A stretch of DNA of 48,303 nt from Patescibacteria group bacterium. Lineage in GTDB: Bacteria; Patescibacteriota; Patescibacteriia; JACRDY01. Below are positions 26,284 to 35,988 of the stretch, in pieces. The notes beneath the pieces were generated by a model. It was not told where the DNA came from and did not search any database. It saw only the letters and a program-made list of their open reading frames with translations. The stretch spans positions 73,271 to 121,573 of the forward strand of contig JBAZFH010000004.1 of the NCBI GenBank assembly GCA_041653535.1, in the 5' to 3' direction. Position 1 is the first letter of the stretch. The number at the start of each line of letters is the position of its first letter. Made by a program: the position numbers and the translations under genes.

Positions 26284-26859
26284 TTACCAACAACGCGCAC
26301 CAGTAGAATAAACCGCCCACGACCAAGGAGTATTTGGCGGCGTAACGTTTAACTCCAATGAGCATGGATCGCTGCCGCCATCTCGACTAGGATCGATCAT
26401 CACCAGATAACTTTCGTTAGAAATATCTTCGGGATTATTTGCCAATATTTTATAGTCATCACCATCAGACCGATAAAGATAACATCTAGTGCAGTCATCA
26501 GTATAAGGATCGGTTGGCAATTTTACTATCAAATCAGTCGGTAGATCCGGCACCCAATATTCCGTATTCAAACCCCATTGATGCGCGCTGCAGCTGGAAC
26601 TGCCTGATACCACCGCGCAAAGACCATACCAACCATAATCGTCATTTACCGCTGATTCAGGATATTTGCCATGATCCTGATAATAAATGGCTAATGCCTT
26701 CTCAACCTGCTGAACGTCACTAATACGCGTCGCATCGCGAGCTTTGATTCGCACCTGACCAAAAACAGTAATGCCGATATTAACCAACAAAATAAGAATG
26801 CTAATGCTTACCATCATCTCTATCAGGGTAACACCTTTTTGATTTCTACTGTTTTCCAT
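26284..26859 (-). CDS. type IV pilin-like protein (prepilin N-terminal methylation motif)
   Basis: KG-VTLIEMMVSISILILL prepilin cleavage/methylation signature. ATG at 26859 (the ORF-track start is TTG). Confidence 0.75.
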   Translation of the reverse strand: MENSRNQKGVTLIEMMVSISILILLVNIGITVFGQVRIKARDATRISDVQQVEKALAIYYQDHGKYPESAVNDDYGWYGLCAVVSGSSSCSAHQWGLNTEYWVPDLPTDLIVKLPTDPYTDDCTRCYLYRSDGDDYKILANNPEDISNESYLVMIDPSRDGGSDPCSLELNVTPPNTPWSWAVYSTGARCW

Positions 26860-26901
26860 ACTGGGTAATATTATACAATATTTTGCCAAAAGATAAAAAC
26901 C

Positions 26902-28155
26902 TTAAATAATATTTTTTTCCACTTTTTTCACCTCGCCAATTACTGCTAAATTTAGCTGGTTTTTAACAAAAATATTTTGAGCAATACGTTTGACGTCACT
27001 AGCTTTAACCTTTAGTATTTTTTGCAATTTTTCTTTCGGCTCCATTATTTTTCCCGATAATAATTTTTGCTTCGCATACCAATCCGCTAAATGCGCCGAG
27101 TCTTCCAAATCGATAGCTAGTTTACCTCGCAAAAATTCCTTCGCTCTTTCTAACTCCTCGTCTGTCACGCCATATTTCTTTATTTTTTCCATTTCCTGCC
27201 AAACCAACCCGACTGCCTCACGCCAACGCTTTTTATCTAACCCCGCCTGAACAACAAAACACCCCGTGTCTTCATAAACATTGTTTGTCGCTTTAATATA
27301 ATAAGCGAGCCCCCTCTTTTCGCGAATTTCAATAAAAAGACGCGAGCTCATTGTTCCGCCCAGTATCGTTGCGAGCAAATATGCCGGGTAGATGTCGACA
27401 TCACGATAGCCATATGCCGACCAACTCATCGCCAGCTGCACTTGGTCTGTTTTTTTATACAAAATTTTATTTTGCGCTGACCGTTGACTGCTTAAAAATG
27501 GCGTAAAACTTATTTTATTTCTCCGATTATCTGCTTTTTCAAAATACTTTTTAACCAAATTAATATCGGTTTTTTGAAAATTACCAGCTAGACCTAAAAC
27601 CATATTACTCGGCTGATAAAAATACTGCCAATATTTCAAAATCTTTTCTCGATTAATAGACCCAACGGTCTTTTTTGTTCCGATTATCAGCTCTCCTAGC
27701 TTATTACCGGAAAAAGTAAGCTCTTCGACCAAATCTTCAACGTACATAATGGGATTATCTTGATACATATTCATTTCTTCCATAATTACTCCTTTTTCTC
27801 GTTTTAATTCTTCGGCTGAAAAGACAGAACTAAACATCATGTCGGAAAGCAGTTCTAGCGCTAATCTCTTTTTTCCGGCGTTAACTTTGACATAATAACC
27901 GGTATGGTCCTTGCTAGTAAAAGCATTGTAATCGGCCCCCACGGAGTCTAGCTCCTGAGAAATAATAAAAGTTGACGGTCGCTTCTTCGTACCCTTAAAC
28001 ATCATATGTTCCACAAAATGGGAAATACCACGGACATCCTTATCTTCATAACGAGACCCGGCTTTCACCAACAACAAAGCCGTAACCGTTTGTGTTTCTT
28101 TTCGCGGTGCCAAAATCACAGTCAAACCGTTTTTCAAAACGTATTGTTTATACAT
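26902..28155 (-). CDS. M16 family zinc peptidase
   Basis: Inverted zinc motif HFVEHMMFKGT (HxxEH). Confidence 0.85.
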   Translation of the reverse strand: MYKQYVLKNGLTVILAPRKETQTVTALLLVKAGSRYEDKDVRGISHFVEHMMFKGTKKRPSTFIISQELDSVGADYNAFTSKDHTGYYVKVNAGKKRLALELLSDMMFSSVFSAEELKREKGVIMEEMNMYQDNPIMYVEDLVEELTFSGNKLGELIIGTKKTVGSINREKILKYWQYFYQPSNMVLGLAGNFQKTDINLVKKYFEKADNRRNKISFTPFLSSQRSAQNKILYKKTDQVQLAMSWSAYGYRDVDIYPAYLLATILGGTMSSRLFIEIREKRGLAYYIKATNNVYEDTGCFVVQAGLDKKRWREAVGLVWQEMEKIKKYGVTDEELERAKEFLRGKLAIDLEDSAHLADWYAKQKLLSGKIMEPKEKLQKILKVKASDVKRIAQNIFVKNQLNLAVIGEVKKVEKNII

Positions 28156-28209
28156 AATGATAATAATTTTAAATTATAAATCTTAAAATATAAAAAGACA
28201 ACGACTTGC

Positions 28210-29319
28210 TCAAATACGGAAATGATTTTTTCTTTTATAAATAAGGATCAAAAAAACTCCGAGAAAAATCATCACCCCAAATAAAATCAACAGAGCAAGC
28301 AACTTATCTTTACTCTGCAAAAAAAGCGTCAACGAGCCGAAAAAAGCGGAAAATAAATACAAAATTAAGACTGCCTGCCGCTGCGATAAACCAACATCAA
28401 GCAAACGAAAGTGTAAATGTTTACGGTCCGAGGTTTTAAAAGGATTTTTGCGCTCCCAAAAAAGTCGCCGCGCCACTACCCAAACCAAATCCAAAATTGG
28501 TATGCCCATCACTAAAAGAGCAGTGGCGATTTTACCGCCGGAAATGATGGATAAAACACCCAACATAAAACCAATAAAAAGCCCGCTTTCGCCTAAAAAT
28601 ATTTTAGCCGGATAAAAATTAAAAAGTAAAAAACCCGCAGTAGCGCCAGCCAAAACAATAGTTAAAATTGCCGTTTCTGGCTGCCACCAACGAGTCGCTG
28701 TCGATAAAAGAAAAATAGCAATTGAACCAATAGCGCCTATACCCGCCACCAGCCCGTCTAGACCGTCTAAAAGTTTGACGGTATAAATCATCAACATTAA
28801 CCAAAAAAAAGTAAAAATATCGGCAATCAAAACAAACTTAAAAACTTTACCACCCCAGGACAACAGCGTGAATTGATATTGATTAAAATATAAAAATCCA
28901 CCCAAAGGATTGGTGATTTTGTCCACGCCGATACCTCCGATAATCACGGTTAAAATTGCCAACACCGGCCAAACTAACTGCTTAATCGGACTGAGATTAT
29001 ACTTATCATCCAAAATCCCGCCGATCATCAAAAATAAACCAGCAATAAATAAGGTAAAAATATTATAGAGGCTGATATTTTTACCCACCAAAAAATCAGT
29101 GCAAAAAGCAAAAAACCAGACAACGACAAAAAAAGCAAAAAATATCGCCAGCCCGCCCAAAAGCGGTACTGCTTTTTTATGAATTTTGCGCGCCGGATCA
29201 GCTTCTGGTCGATCCACTATCTGCCAACGCCAAGCGACTCGTTTTATTAGCAACGTAAAAACTGCCGCCAAAATAAAGGCGGCTAAAAAACCCAGCGCAA
29301 AAACAATATATAAATTCAT
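28210..29319 (-). CDS. glycosyltransferase family 4 (MraY/WecA-like polyprenyl-phosphate sugar-phosphate transferase)
   Basis: About 10 TM helices. Motifs LDDKYNL and VKLLDGLDGLVAG. Confidence 0.8.
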   Translation of the reverse strand: MNLYIVFALGFLAAFILAAVFTLLIKRVAWRWQIVDRPEADPARKIHKKAVPLLGGLAIFFAFFVVVWFFAFCTDFLVGKNISLYNIFTLFIAGLFLMIGGILDDKYNLSPIKQLVWPVLAILTVIIGGIGVDKITNPLGGFLYFNQYQFTLLSWGGKVFKFVLIADIFTFFWLMLMIYTVKLLDGLDGLVAGIGAIGSIAIFLLSTATRWWQPETAILTIVLAGATAGFLLFNFYPAKIFLGESGLFIGFMLGVLSIISGGKIATALLVMGIPILDLVWVVARRLFWERKNPFKTSDRKHLHFRLLDVGLSQRQAVLILYLFSAFFGSLTLFLQSKDKLLALLILFGVMIFLGVFLILIYKRKNHFRI

Positions 29320-29325
29320 AAAATA

Positions 29326-32130
29326 TTACTCATCAGTTACTCTGATTTTTCCGCCAATATCATAAATTATTTTACTGCCCCGCTTAAACTGATTCTGAAT
29401 TTTCATATTAGCCAAAGCATTAGCCAGTTTTTCCTGGATTACCCGGCGCAGTGGTCTGGCACCAAACTGCGGATCAAACCCCGCCCAGGCAAGCTCCTCG
29501 ATCGCCGCTGGCGTTACCTCTAGAACCACACCTTCTTTTAATAAGTTATTGGCTATTTTTTTGGTCATTAAATTGGCAATCTGGATCACTTCTTTTATAG
29601 TTAACGGTTTGAACACATTAATTGCGTCAAAACGGTTTAAAAATTCCGGCTTAAAAAATTGATTTAATTGATTGTCAACCAAATCATTTTTAATTTGTTC
29701 AATATCAACACCGGTTTTAACCTGGTCTTGAATATATTTAGTGCCGGCATTAGAAGTCATAATAACAATAGTATTGGTAAAATCTACCGTTCTGCCAGCG
29801 TTATCAGTCAAACGACCATCATCCATTACCTGTAAAAAAAGATTTAAAATATCGGAATGGGCTTTTTCGATTTCATCAAATAAAATTAAAGAAAACGGGT
29901 TGTTGCGCACCGCTTCAGTGAGTAGTCCGCCGCTCTTTTGACCAGTAGGAGCGCCGATCAAACGATAAAGGCTTTCTTTAGTTTGGTATTCGGACATATC
30001 CACTCGAATCATCAAATCCTCATTCCCAAAATAAACAGCCGCAATCGTTTTGGCTAGCTCGGTTTTACCGACACCGGTCGGACCTAAAAATAAAAAGTTG
30101 GCTATTGGTCTGGTCCCCTCGCGCATTCCAGCACGTGCCCGACGGAGCGCTGCTGCCACTTCTTTCACCGCTTCTTCTTGGTCGACCATTCTTTGATGTA
30201 TCTCCTGTTCAAGACCGACCAACTTCTCCGACTCTTCTTCGCTTATTTTAGTTAACGGAATACTGGTTTTTTGTGAAACAATAGTCGCCACATCTTCGCC
30301 TAACACCGCTGATTTTTGACCCCGACTTTGCGCTACGTAAACAGCTGTTTCTTTTAAAACATCCAAAGCTTTAGCTGGCAGATAACGATCATGAATATAA
30401 CGCGCTGACAATTCAACAGCGCTAACGATTGCATCGTAAGAAAAATAAATCTTGGTCTGCGCTTCTATCGATCCGACCCTGCTTTCCACAATCTGAATCG
30501 CCAAATCTCCCGTCGGTTCTTCTACTACTACTTTATGTAAAACCGAACTTAAAACACCAGCCGATTCAACGCTGCTATACCCTTGAGGCGTGGTAGTAGT
30601 AATAGCAACTGACCCGGTTTTACTTAAATAATTAGCCAAAGCATCAGATAAATCCAGACTTTCTTGACCACCGGTAGAAATACCAAGCAACTGATCCACG
30701 TCTTCAATGACTAAAATAATATTTCCCGAACGCTGCATTTCGTTAAATATACTAAGCAGTCTCTCGCTGGCTCCGGCAGCACTAACGCCAGCGGTAATTT
30801 TGGGAATACTAAGAGTCACCAATCGTTTATCCTGCATTACTTTAGGAACCTCGTCAGCTATCATGCGTTGGGCAATATCTTCAATAATCGCTGTTTTACC
30901 CACTCCGTGCTGACCGACCAAGACAACACTGTTGTTACCGCCCTCTATAATGCGTAAAACCTCTTGTATTTCGTCTTCCCGACCGATATTCGGTGGAAAC
31001 AGCCCATAAACCGCCTGCCGCGTTAAATCAACGGAAAAAGCGTCTAAAAACGGCGTCATTACCGCGGTATAAGCTTTATTAACATCACCTTTGGGTCGTC
31101 GTTTACCCAAACGATGATGACGTTTCCATTGTTGATACAACCGTTCATTGATCTGCAGCCAAACAACAACATTTCTGATTTTATTCAAATCAATATCTAA
31201 TTGATATAAAAGATCTGAAGCGATATTCTTTTCTTGATCAATGGCGATTAAAAGCTCGGCGACAGTAACTTGTTCCTGACGAAATAAATACGCTTGTTCA
31301 TAAGCGCGAAAAATCACATTTTTTACAGTTGACGAGAGAACCGGCTGACCCGAAATTGCCGGAGAAATCTTAGCCATTGCCTCTTTAATACCCTTCATCA
31401 GCTTTTCGCCGTCAGTACCCAAACGACTAAAAATTACATTTGTTTTATGACTGCTTAGCGATCCAGCTAAAAGATGAATCGGTAAAACTTCCGGGTGGTG
31501 CCAATTTTTAGCTATCCGCCACGCCTGCTCTAATGCCCTGATTGCATCAGGAGAATAATTGCGGCTAATATCAATCTGTACATCTTTACCATCCAATAAC
31601 TGTGCCCAAGTAGGAACACTCGGCGATATAAAATTTTTAGCTTTAACCGCCTGATCATCAAAAACTTTTTTTATGATGCTGATTTTTTTAGAATTAGCTA
31701 TCTCTAAACGATAAAAAAGATACGAATCAACCAGTATGCTTATCCAAAACAAAACTACCTTTCCATCGCCGCGTAAATTTGGCCAACCGTGAAAATAATA
31801 GCTAAAAGGATTTAGGGTAATTTTTAATATCTCTCCCGACGCTATCGGCTCGCCATAAACCCATAAACCTAAAAGTAAGCCAACTGCTCCAAAAATCAAC
31901 AAAACAATATTAACGGCTTTGGTAAAAAACTTTTCCATAGTTCGGCGGGCAATGTTTTGCCAGTCGATGGTTTCACCCCAATATAAAAAGTATTCTTCTT
32001 TTTTTTGCGAATTCAAATTTGTATACCAATAAGCGATTCCTAGTTCACCGCAAGAGTCACAACCACGACCCTGGCAGAAAGAGCAGACGATCGGATAAAA
32101 ATGACTGATATTTTGCTTATTATCTGCCAT
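29326..32130 (-). CDS. ClpC/ClpA-like double AAA+ ATPase with N-terminal Cys4 zinc finger and two TM helices
   Basis: CSFCQGRGCDSCG, then two hydrophobic helices and Clp_N-like repeats. Walker A GQHGVGKT and GPTGVGKT. Walker B VIEDVD and LFDEIEKAH. Confidence 0.85.
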   Translation of the reverse strand: MADNKQNISHFYPIVCSFCQGRGCDSCGELGIAYWYTNLNSQKKEEYFLYWGETIDWQNIARRTMEKFFTKAVNIVLLIFGAVGLLLGLWVYGEPIASGEILKITLNPFSYYFHGWPNLRGDGKVVLFWISILVDSYLFYRLEIANSKKISIIKKVFDDQAVKAKNFISPSVPTWAQLLDGKDVQIDISRNYSPDAIRALEQAWRIAKNWHHPEVLPIHLLAGSLSSHKTNVIFSRLGTDGEKLMKGIKEAMAKISPAISGQPVLSSTVKNVIFRAYEQAYLFRQEQVTVAELLIAIDQEKNIASDLLYQLDIDLNKIRNVVVWLQINERLYQQWKRHHRLGKRRPKGDVNKAYTAVMTPFLDAFSVDLTRQAVYGLFPPNIGREDEIQEVLRIIEGGNNSVVLVGQHGVGKTAIIEDIAQRMIADEVPKVMQDKRLVTLSIPKITAGVSAAGASERLLSIFNEMQRSGNIILVIEDVDQLLGISTGGQESLDLSDALANYLSKTGSVAITTTTPQGYSSVESAGVLSSVLHKVVVEEPTGDLAIQIVESRVGSIEAQTKIYFSYDAIVSAVELSARYIHDRYLPAKALDVLKETAVYVAQSRGQKSAVLGEDVATIVSQKTSIPLTKISEEESEKLVGLEQEIHQRMVDQEEAVKEVAAALRRARAGMREGTRPIANFLFLGPTGVGKTELAKTIAAVYFGNEDLMIRVDMSEYQTKESLYRLIGAPTGQKSGGLLTEAVRNNPFSLILFDEIEKAHSDILNLFLQVMDDGRLTDNAGRTVDFTNTIVIMTSNAGTKYIQDQVKTGVDIEQIKNDLVDNQLNQFFKPEFLNRFDAINVFKPLTIKEVIQIANLMTKKIANNLLKEGVVLEVTPAAIEELAWAGFDPQFGARPLRRVIQEKLANALANMKIQNQFKRGSKIIYDIGGKIRVTDE

Positions 32131-32133
32131 AAA

Positions 32134-32505
32134 TTATGAAGAAATGTTTATCATTAGTTGAAAAATCACAAAAATTGGTATCCCAATCCAAAAAGTAATC
32201 ATTGCTAGCTGCAAAATAAAATACAAAATAATCAGCACAACCTTAAACAAAATAAAAAAAGTCCGAATGACAAAACTGATTATTTTACCAGTAATATCAT
32301 ACTGACCATACATTGGTTTGGTCCAATTTTTTACCCAAACCGCAAGACCTATATTAGATTCAAATAATTTCAAAGCGATAAAACGCCTTTTTATCAACCC
32401 CGCTAACCCCGAAGAATACCACCAAAACGGCCAATACAAAAAATTGCCAACAATATCTTTGACTACAAATCTAGCCGAAAGTATAAAAGGATTTTGGCTT
32501 TTCAT
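32134..32505 (-). CDS. small multi-pass membrane protein (hypothetical)
   Basis: 123 aa, about 3 TM helices. Separated from the Clp-like gene by 3 nt. Confidence 0.6.
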   Translation of the reverse strand: MKSQNPFILSARFVVKDIVGNFLYWPFWWYSSGLAGLIKRRFIALKLFESNIGLAVWVKNWTKPMYGQYDITGKIISFVIRTFFILFKVVLIILYFILQLAMITFWIGIPIFVIFQLMINISS

Positions 32506-32573
32506 CTTAGTTTATATTTTACCACAAAATATAAAAAAAGAAAAAGGGCGAATGCTTTTTCGCCCTTATAATA

Positions 32574-33695
32574 TTATGCTTTTCCTGCCGCTCGATAGTA
32601 AATAACGCCGATCTCCTCGGCTTTAGTCGTTGCGACTTCACCCAAGTCATCATCAGCAACAGAAATATCTTCCAAAATACGTTGCAAGGCGTTTTTTACG
32701 TCCTGTAAAAAATCAGCGGCTTGCCGCGGCGGATCCTGCGATCCTTTATACTTAAGACGATACTTTTCGCCTTGACGCTGCACCACCATAATCTGCCGCC
32801 TCTCTCCCTGATAGAGAGTAATAGCATAACCGTTGCGACCGCTGTTTTTCATCAAATAACCAAGTGCGTCGCTTACCTCTTTGGCTTTTGAAGATGGCCA
32901 AATTTGGTTTTGGGAAAAGGCAACAGCCCCAAAGCTAAACGTCACCTCTTTCAATCCCTTTTCCGCCGCTAAATTTCTAACGACGTCAGGAATTTTAACC
33001 CGCGATACGGCGTCATGAATTCGCCGTACGGCTTTGGATATCTCGGCACGACCGACGTCGCGCATAAAAAACGCGAACTCATCGCCGCCAAACCGGCAAG
33101 CGCAATCACCGACTCGCAGTTGTCTCATCTTTTCACCGACTTGCTTCAACACTTTGTCAGCCAAATCATGGCCAATGACAGCATTGATTTTTTTGAAAAA
33201 ATCGATATCAAAAAAGACAAAAACTACGTAGCGATCCACTTGACCAGTTTTTTGCAGTTCTCGACGCATTTTTTCGTAACTCTCGATAAAAGCGTCGTGT
33301 TTGAGCAGCCCGGTTTTGTCATCGACTTGCGACGCCAAACGCAGCGTAATTTCATTAAACGCCCGGTCAAAATTTTCACTTTCAAAAATTTTAGCTACGT
33401 CTCGCCATAATACACTTTGGGGCAAAACGCTGAAACGATTTTTGATACCCAACCGGGAGACGACTTTTTCCATGTACTGATCGTAAAGAACGAGTACCCG
33501 CGTTTGCTGCTCGACGGTTAATTGTAAAAGTTTTTCCCTTGCTCCTACCACCGACCTAACGGGCTGGCGGAAAAGAACTTCTTTTACTTCACGCTTACGC
33601 CAAAACAAAAGTCGTTGCCACAACTTATTTAGCCAGTGAAAAATATTTTCTCGACGAAAAGTTTCTTTTGTCAAACCGTTATTTTGCCTGCTCAT
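32574..33695 (-). CDS. GGDEF-domain diguanylate cyclase
   Basis: The RFGGDEF active site is preceded by an RVGD I-site at the canonical 5-residue spacing. The N-terminal 170 aa are unassigned. SD is GAGAGGGGGAAG. Confidence 0.85.
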   Translation of the reverse strand: MSRQNNGLTKETFRRENIFHWLNKLWQRLLFWRKREVKEVLFRQPVRSVVGAREKLLQLTVEQQTRVLVLYDQYMEKVVSRLGIKNRFSVLPQSVLWRDVAKIFESENFDRAFNEITLRLASQVDDKTGLLKHDAFIESYEKMRRELQKTGQVDRYVVFVFFDIDFFKKINAVIGHDLADKVLKQVGEKMRQLRVGDCACRFGGDEFAFFMRDVGRAEISKAVRRIHDAVSRVKIPDVVRNLAAEKGLKEVTFSFGAVAFSQNQIWPSSKAKEVSDALGYLMKNSGRNGYAITLYQGERRQIMVVQRQGEKYRLKYKGSQDPPRQAADFLQDVKNALQRILEDISVADDDLGEVATTKAEEIGVIYYRAAGKA

Positions 33696-33830
33696 ACTTC
33701 CCCCTCTCTTATATCTTCAGCAAAATGCTATTTGAGTTTTTTAGGTGCAATGGTAATGGTGTAAATGGGTAAACCATATCAATTTAACAAAATATTACGT
33801 TACTGTCAAACATAACTTGTAAAAATAAAC

Positions 33831-33866
33831 AAAATAAAAATCCCGCCCCTACAAAAAAGCGGAATT
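33831..33866 (-). terminator. weak rho-independent terminator directly after rpsJ
   Basis: Minus strand: UUCCGC / GCGGGA stem (one G-U pair) followed by a U-rich tract. Confidence 0.4.
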
Positions 33867-33892
33867 TTTTATAAAGAAAAGTTTTTCAAAGA

Positions 33893-34246
33893 TTACATTT
33901 TTATCTCAATATCAACGCCGGCAGGAAGACTTAAGCTCATTAACGCGTCTACAGTCTTTGGAGTTGGGTCAATAATGTCAATCAAACGCTTATGAGTACG
34001 CATTTCAAACTGCTCTCGAGCGTCTTTGTGGACAAAAGTAGACCGGTTGACGGTAAAGACCGCCTTTTCTGTAGGTAGCGGTATTGGTCCCATAACTCTA
34101 GCACCGGTACGACCAGCGGTTTCCATAATCGTCCGAGTCGACTGATCAATAATCTTATGATCATAAGCCTTAATCTTGATCCTGATCCGCTGATGAGCTT
34201 TCTCATCCTTAACCTTCTTGGTTATTTTACTACTTACGGTTGTCAT
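33893..34246 (-). CDS. rpsJ: 30S ribosomal protein S10
   Basis: [18 protein letters not shown]...GPIPLPT. ATG at 34246 (a shorter start than in the ORF track). Confidence 0.9.
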   Translation of the reverse strand: MTTVSSKITKKVKDEKAHQRIRIKIKAYDHKIIDQSTRTIMETAGRTGARVMGPIPLPTEKAVFTVNRSTFVHKDAREQFEMRTHKRLIDIIDPTPKTVDALMSLSLPAGVDIEIKM

Positions 34247-34311
34247 CTCTTTTGACTTAATTATTAAACAAACTCGAGTTCCCCACAAAAATTTCGTGAG
34301 GAACTTTCAGT

Positions 34312-35496
34312 TTACTTGATAATATTAAGAACAACTCCAGCGCCAACAGTATGACCACCTTCGCGGATAGCAAACTTTTGCTGATTTTCCAAAGCGATCG
34401 GGTTGATCAATTTGACAGTTAGTTTAATAGTGTCGCCAGGCATAACCATCTCGGTTCCGGCTGGTAAAGTGATCTCACCAGTTACATCGGTAGTACCAAC
34501 ATAAAACTGGGGTTTATAACCAGCAAAAAATGGTTTGTGACGTCCGCCTTCTTCTTTGGACAAAACGTATACTTCGGTCTCAAACTCTGTGTGAGGAGTA
34601 ATAGAGCCAGGTTTAGCAAGAACCATACCGCGTTCAACCTCATCTTTTTTAATACCGCGAAGCAAAATACCGGCGTTATCTCCAGCTTGACCTTCGTTTA
34701 ATGATTTATTAAACATCTCGATGCCGGTAACTACGGTTTTGCTGGTATCGCGAAGACCTACTAATTCAACTTCTTCGTTAATTTTGACAATACCGCGTTC
34801 TATTCTGCCAGTAACAACAGTACCGCGTCCTTCGATCGAAAAAACGTCTTCGATAGGCATTAAAAACGGCTTATCAATATCACGCTGAGGTTGCGGAATG
34901 TATGTATCTAACGCTTCGAGAAGTTTATCAATACATTCAGACTCAGGACCATTAGGATTTTCCAAAGCCTTGAGAGCTGAACCGCGAATAATCGGAACCT
35001 CTTTGCCTTCATATTCGTATTTAGTCAAAAGATCGCGAACCTCGTCTTCTACTAAATCAATCAGGTCCGGATCAGACACTTGATCAACTTTGTTTAAGAA
35101 AACAATAATTTTTGGCACTCCAACCTGATGAGCAAGTAAAATATGCTCACGGGTTTGAGGCATCGGACCGTCAGTAGCGGCAACGACTAGAATCGAGCCA
35201 TCCATCTGAGCGGCACCGGTGATCATGTTTTTAATGTAATCAGCGTGACCGGGACAATCGACGTGAGCATAATGACGTTTCTCAGTCTCATACTCAACGT
35301 GAGCGGTAGCAATAGTAATACCGCGGGCCTTTGACTCGGGAGCCTTATCTAAATCATCGACTCCTTTGTCCTGAGCAGCCAAACCCTTTGTTTTTAAATG
35401 CGCCAAAATGGCAGCAGTCAAAGTGGTTTTACCGTGGTCGACGTGACCAATGGTACCCACATTAACGTGTGGTTTGCTACGATCAAAATTTGCCAT
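34312..35496 (-). CDS. tuf: elongation factor Tu
   Basis: [28 protein letters not shown] at 35496 preceded by GGAGGAG. Confidence 0.97.
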   Translation of the reverse strand: MANFDRSKPHVNVGTIGHVDHGKTTLTAAILAHLKTKGLAAQDKGVDDLDKAPESKARGITIATAHVEYETEKRHYAHVDCPGHADYIKNMITGAAQMDGSILVVAATDGPMPQTREHILLAHQVGVPKIIVFLNKVDQVSDPDLIDLVEDEVRDLLTKYEYEGKEVPIIRGSALKALENPNGPESECIDKLLEALDTYIPQPQRDIDKPFLMPIEDVFSIEGRGTVVTGRIERGIVKINEEVELVGLRDTSKTVVTGIEMFNKSLNEGQAGDNAGILLRGIKKDEVERGMVLAKPGSITPHTEFETEVYVLSKEEGGRHKPFFAGYKPQFYVGTTDVTGEITLPAGTEMVMPGDTIKLTVKLINPIALENQQKFAIREGGHTVGAGVVLNIIK

Positions 35497-35616
35497 AGCC
35501 TTATTCTCCTCCAACAACCTCCTGGAAAAAGCTCTTTCCTAAGAGTTTTAGCCAGTTGCTGGCTGAATTAATTAATAATACTTATAATTTTAAACTTCTT
35601 GTTTTTATGTTTAAAC

Positions 35617-35985
35617 CTATTCTTCCTCAATCGGCTCGAACTGATAAATATCATCATTAGTTTCATCAATCGCCTTAGTTATATCTTTTTTATCATCGTC
35701 TCTCCCTTCCTCGTTCTTGTCTGCCAGAGAACCAATTATTTCTTCTTCGGAAATACCTATTTTGTTTGATTGCTGCTCTTCCCGCCAACGAGCGATGTCA
35801 CGATTAATTTTAGCTAGAAGCCCTTCTTCTGTCAAACCCTCGACTGTAGATTCTACTAATAATAATTTTTGATAATCATCAATAGGTAGTACCACAAAAG
35901 AACTATCATTAGCGGCATCAAAAAACACCAGCTTGTCTCCTGTTTTTTTAATCAAATCTAATGCTTTACGAAACTCGTTAGTCAT
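35617..35985 (-). CDS. acidic 122-aa hypothetical protein inserted between fusA and tuf
   Basis: ATG lies 3 nt after the fusA stop. N-terminal alpha/beta segment and a very acidic C-terminal tail. No recognisable family. Confidence 0.7.
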   Translation of the reverse strand: MTNEFRKALDLIKKTGDKLVFFDAANDSSFVVLPIDDYQKLLLVESTVEGLTEEGLLAKINRDIARWREEQQSNKIGISEEEIIGSLADKNEEGRDDDKKDITKAIDETNDDIYQFEPIEEE

Positions 35986-35988
35986 AAA

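Noticed and set aside
35617-35985. Calling the fusA-tuf insert a Phd/YefM antitoxin
   Set aside because: There is only a faint local resemblance, and no adjacent toxin gene. The gene is flanked by fusA and tuf with no room for a partner.
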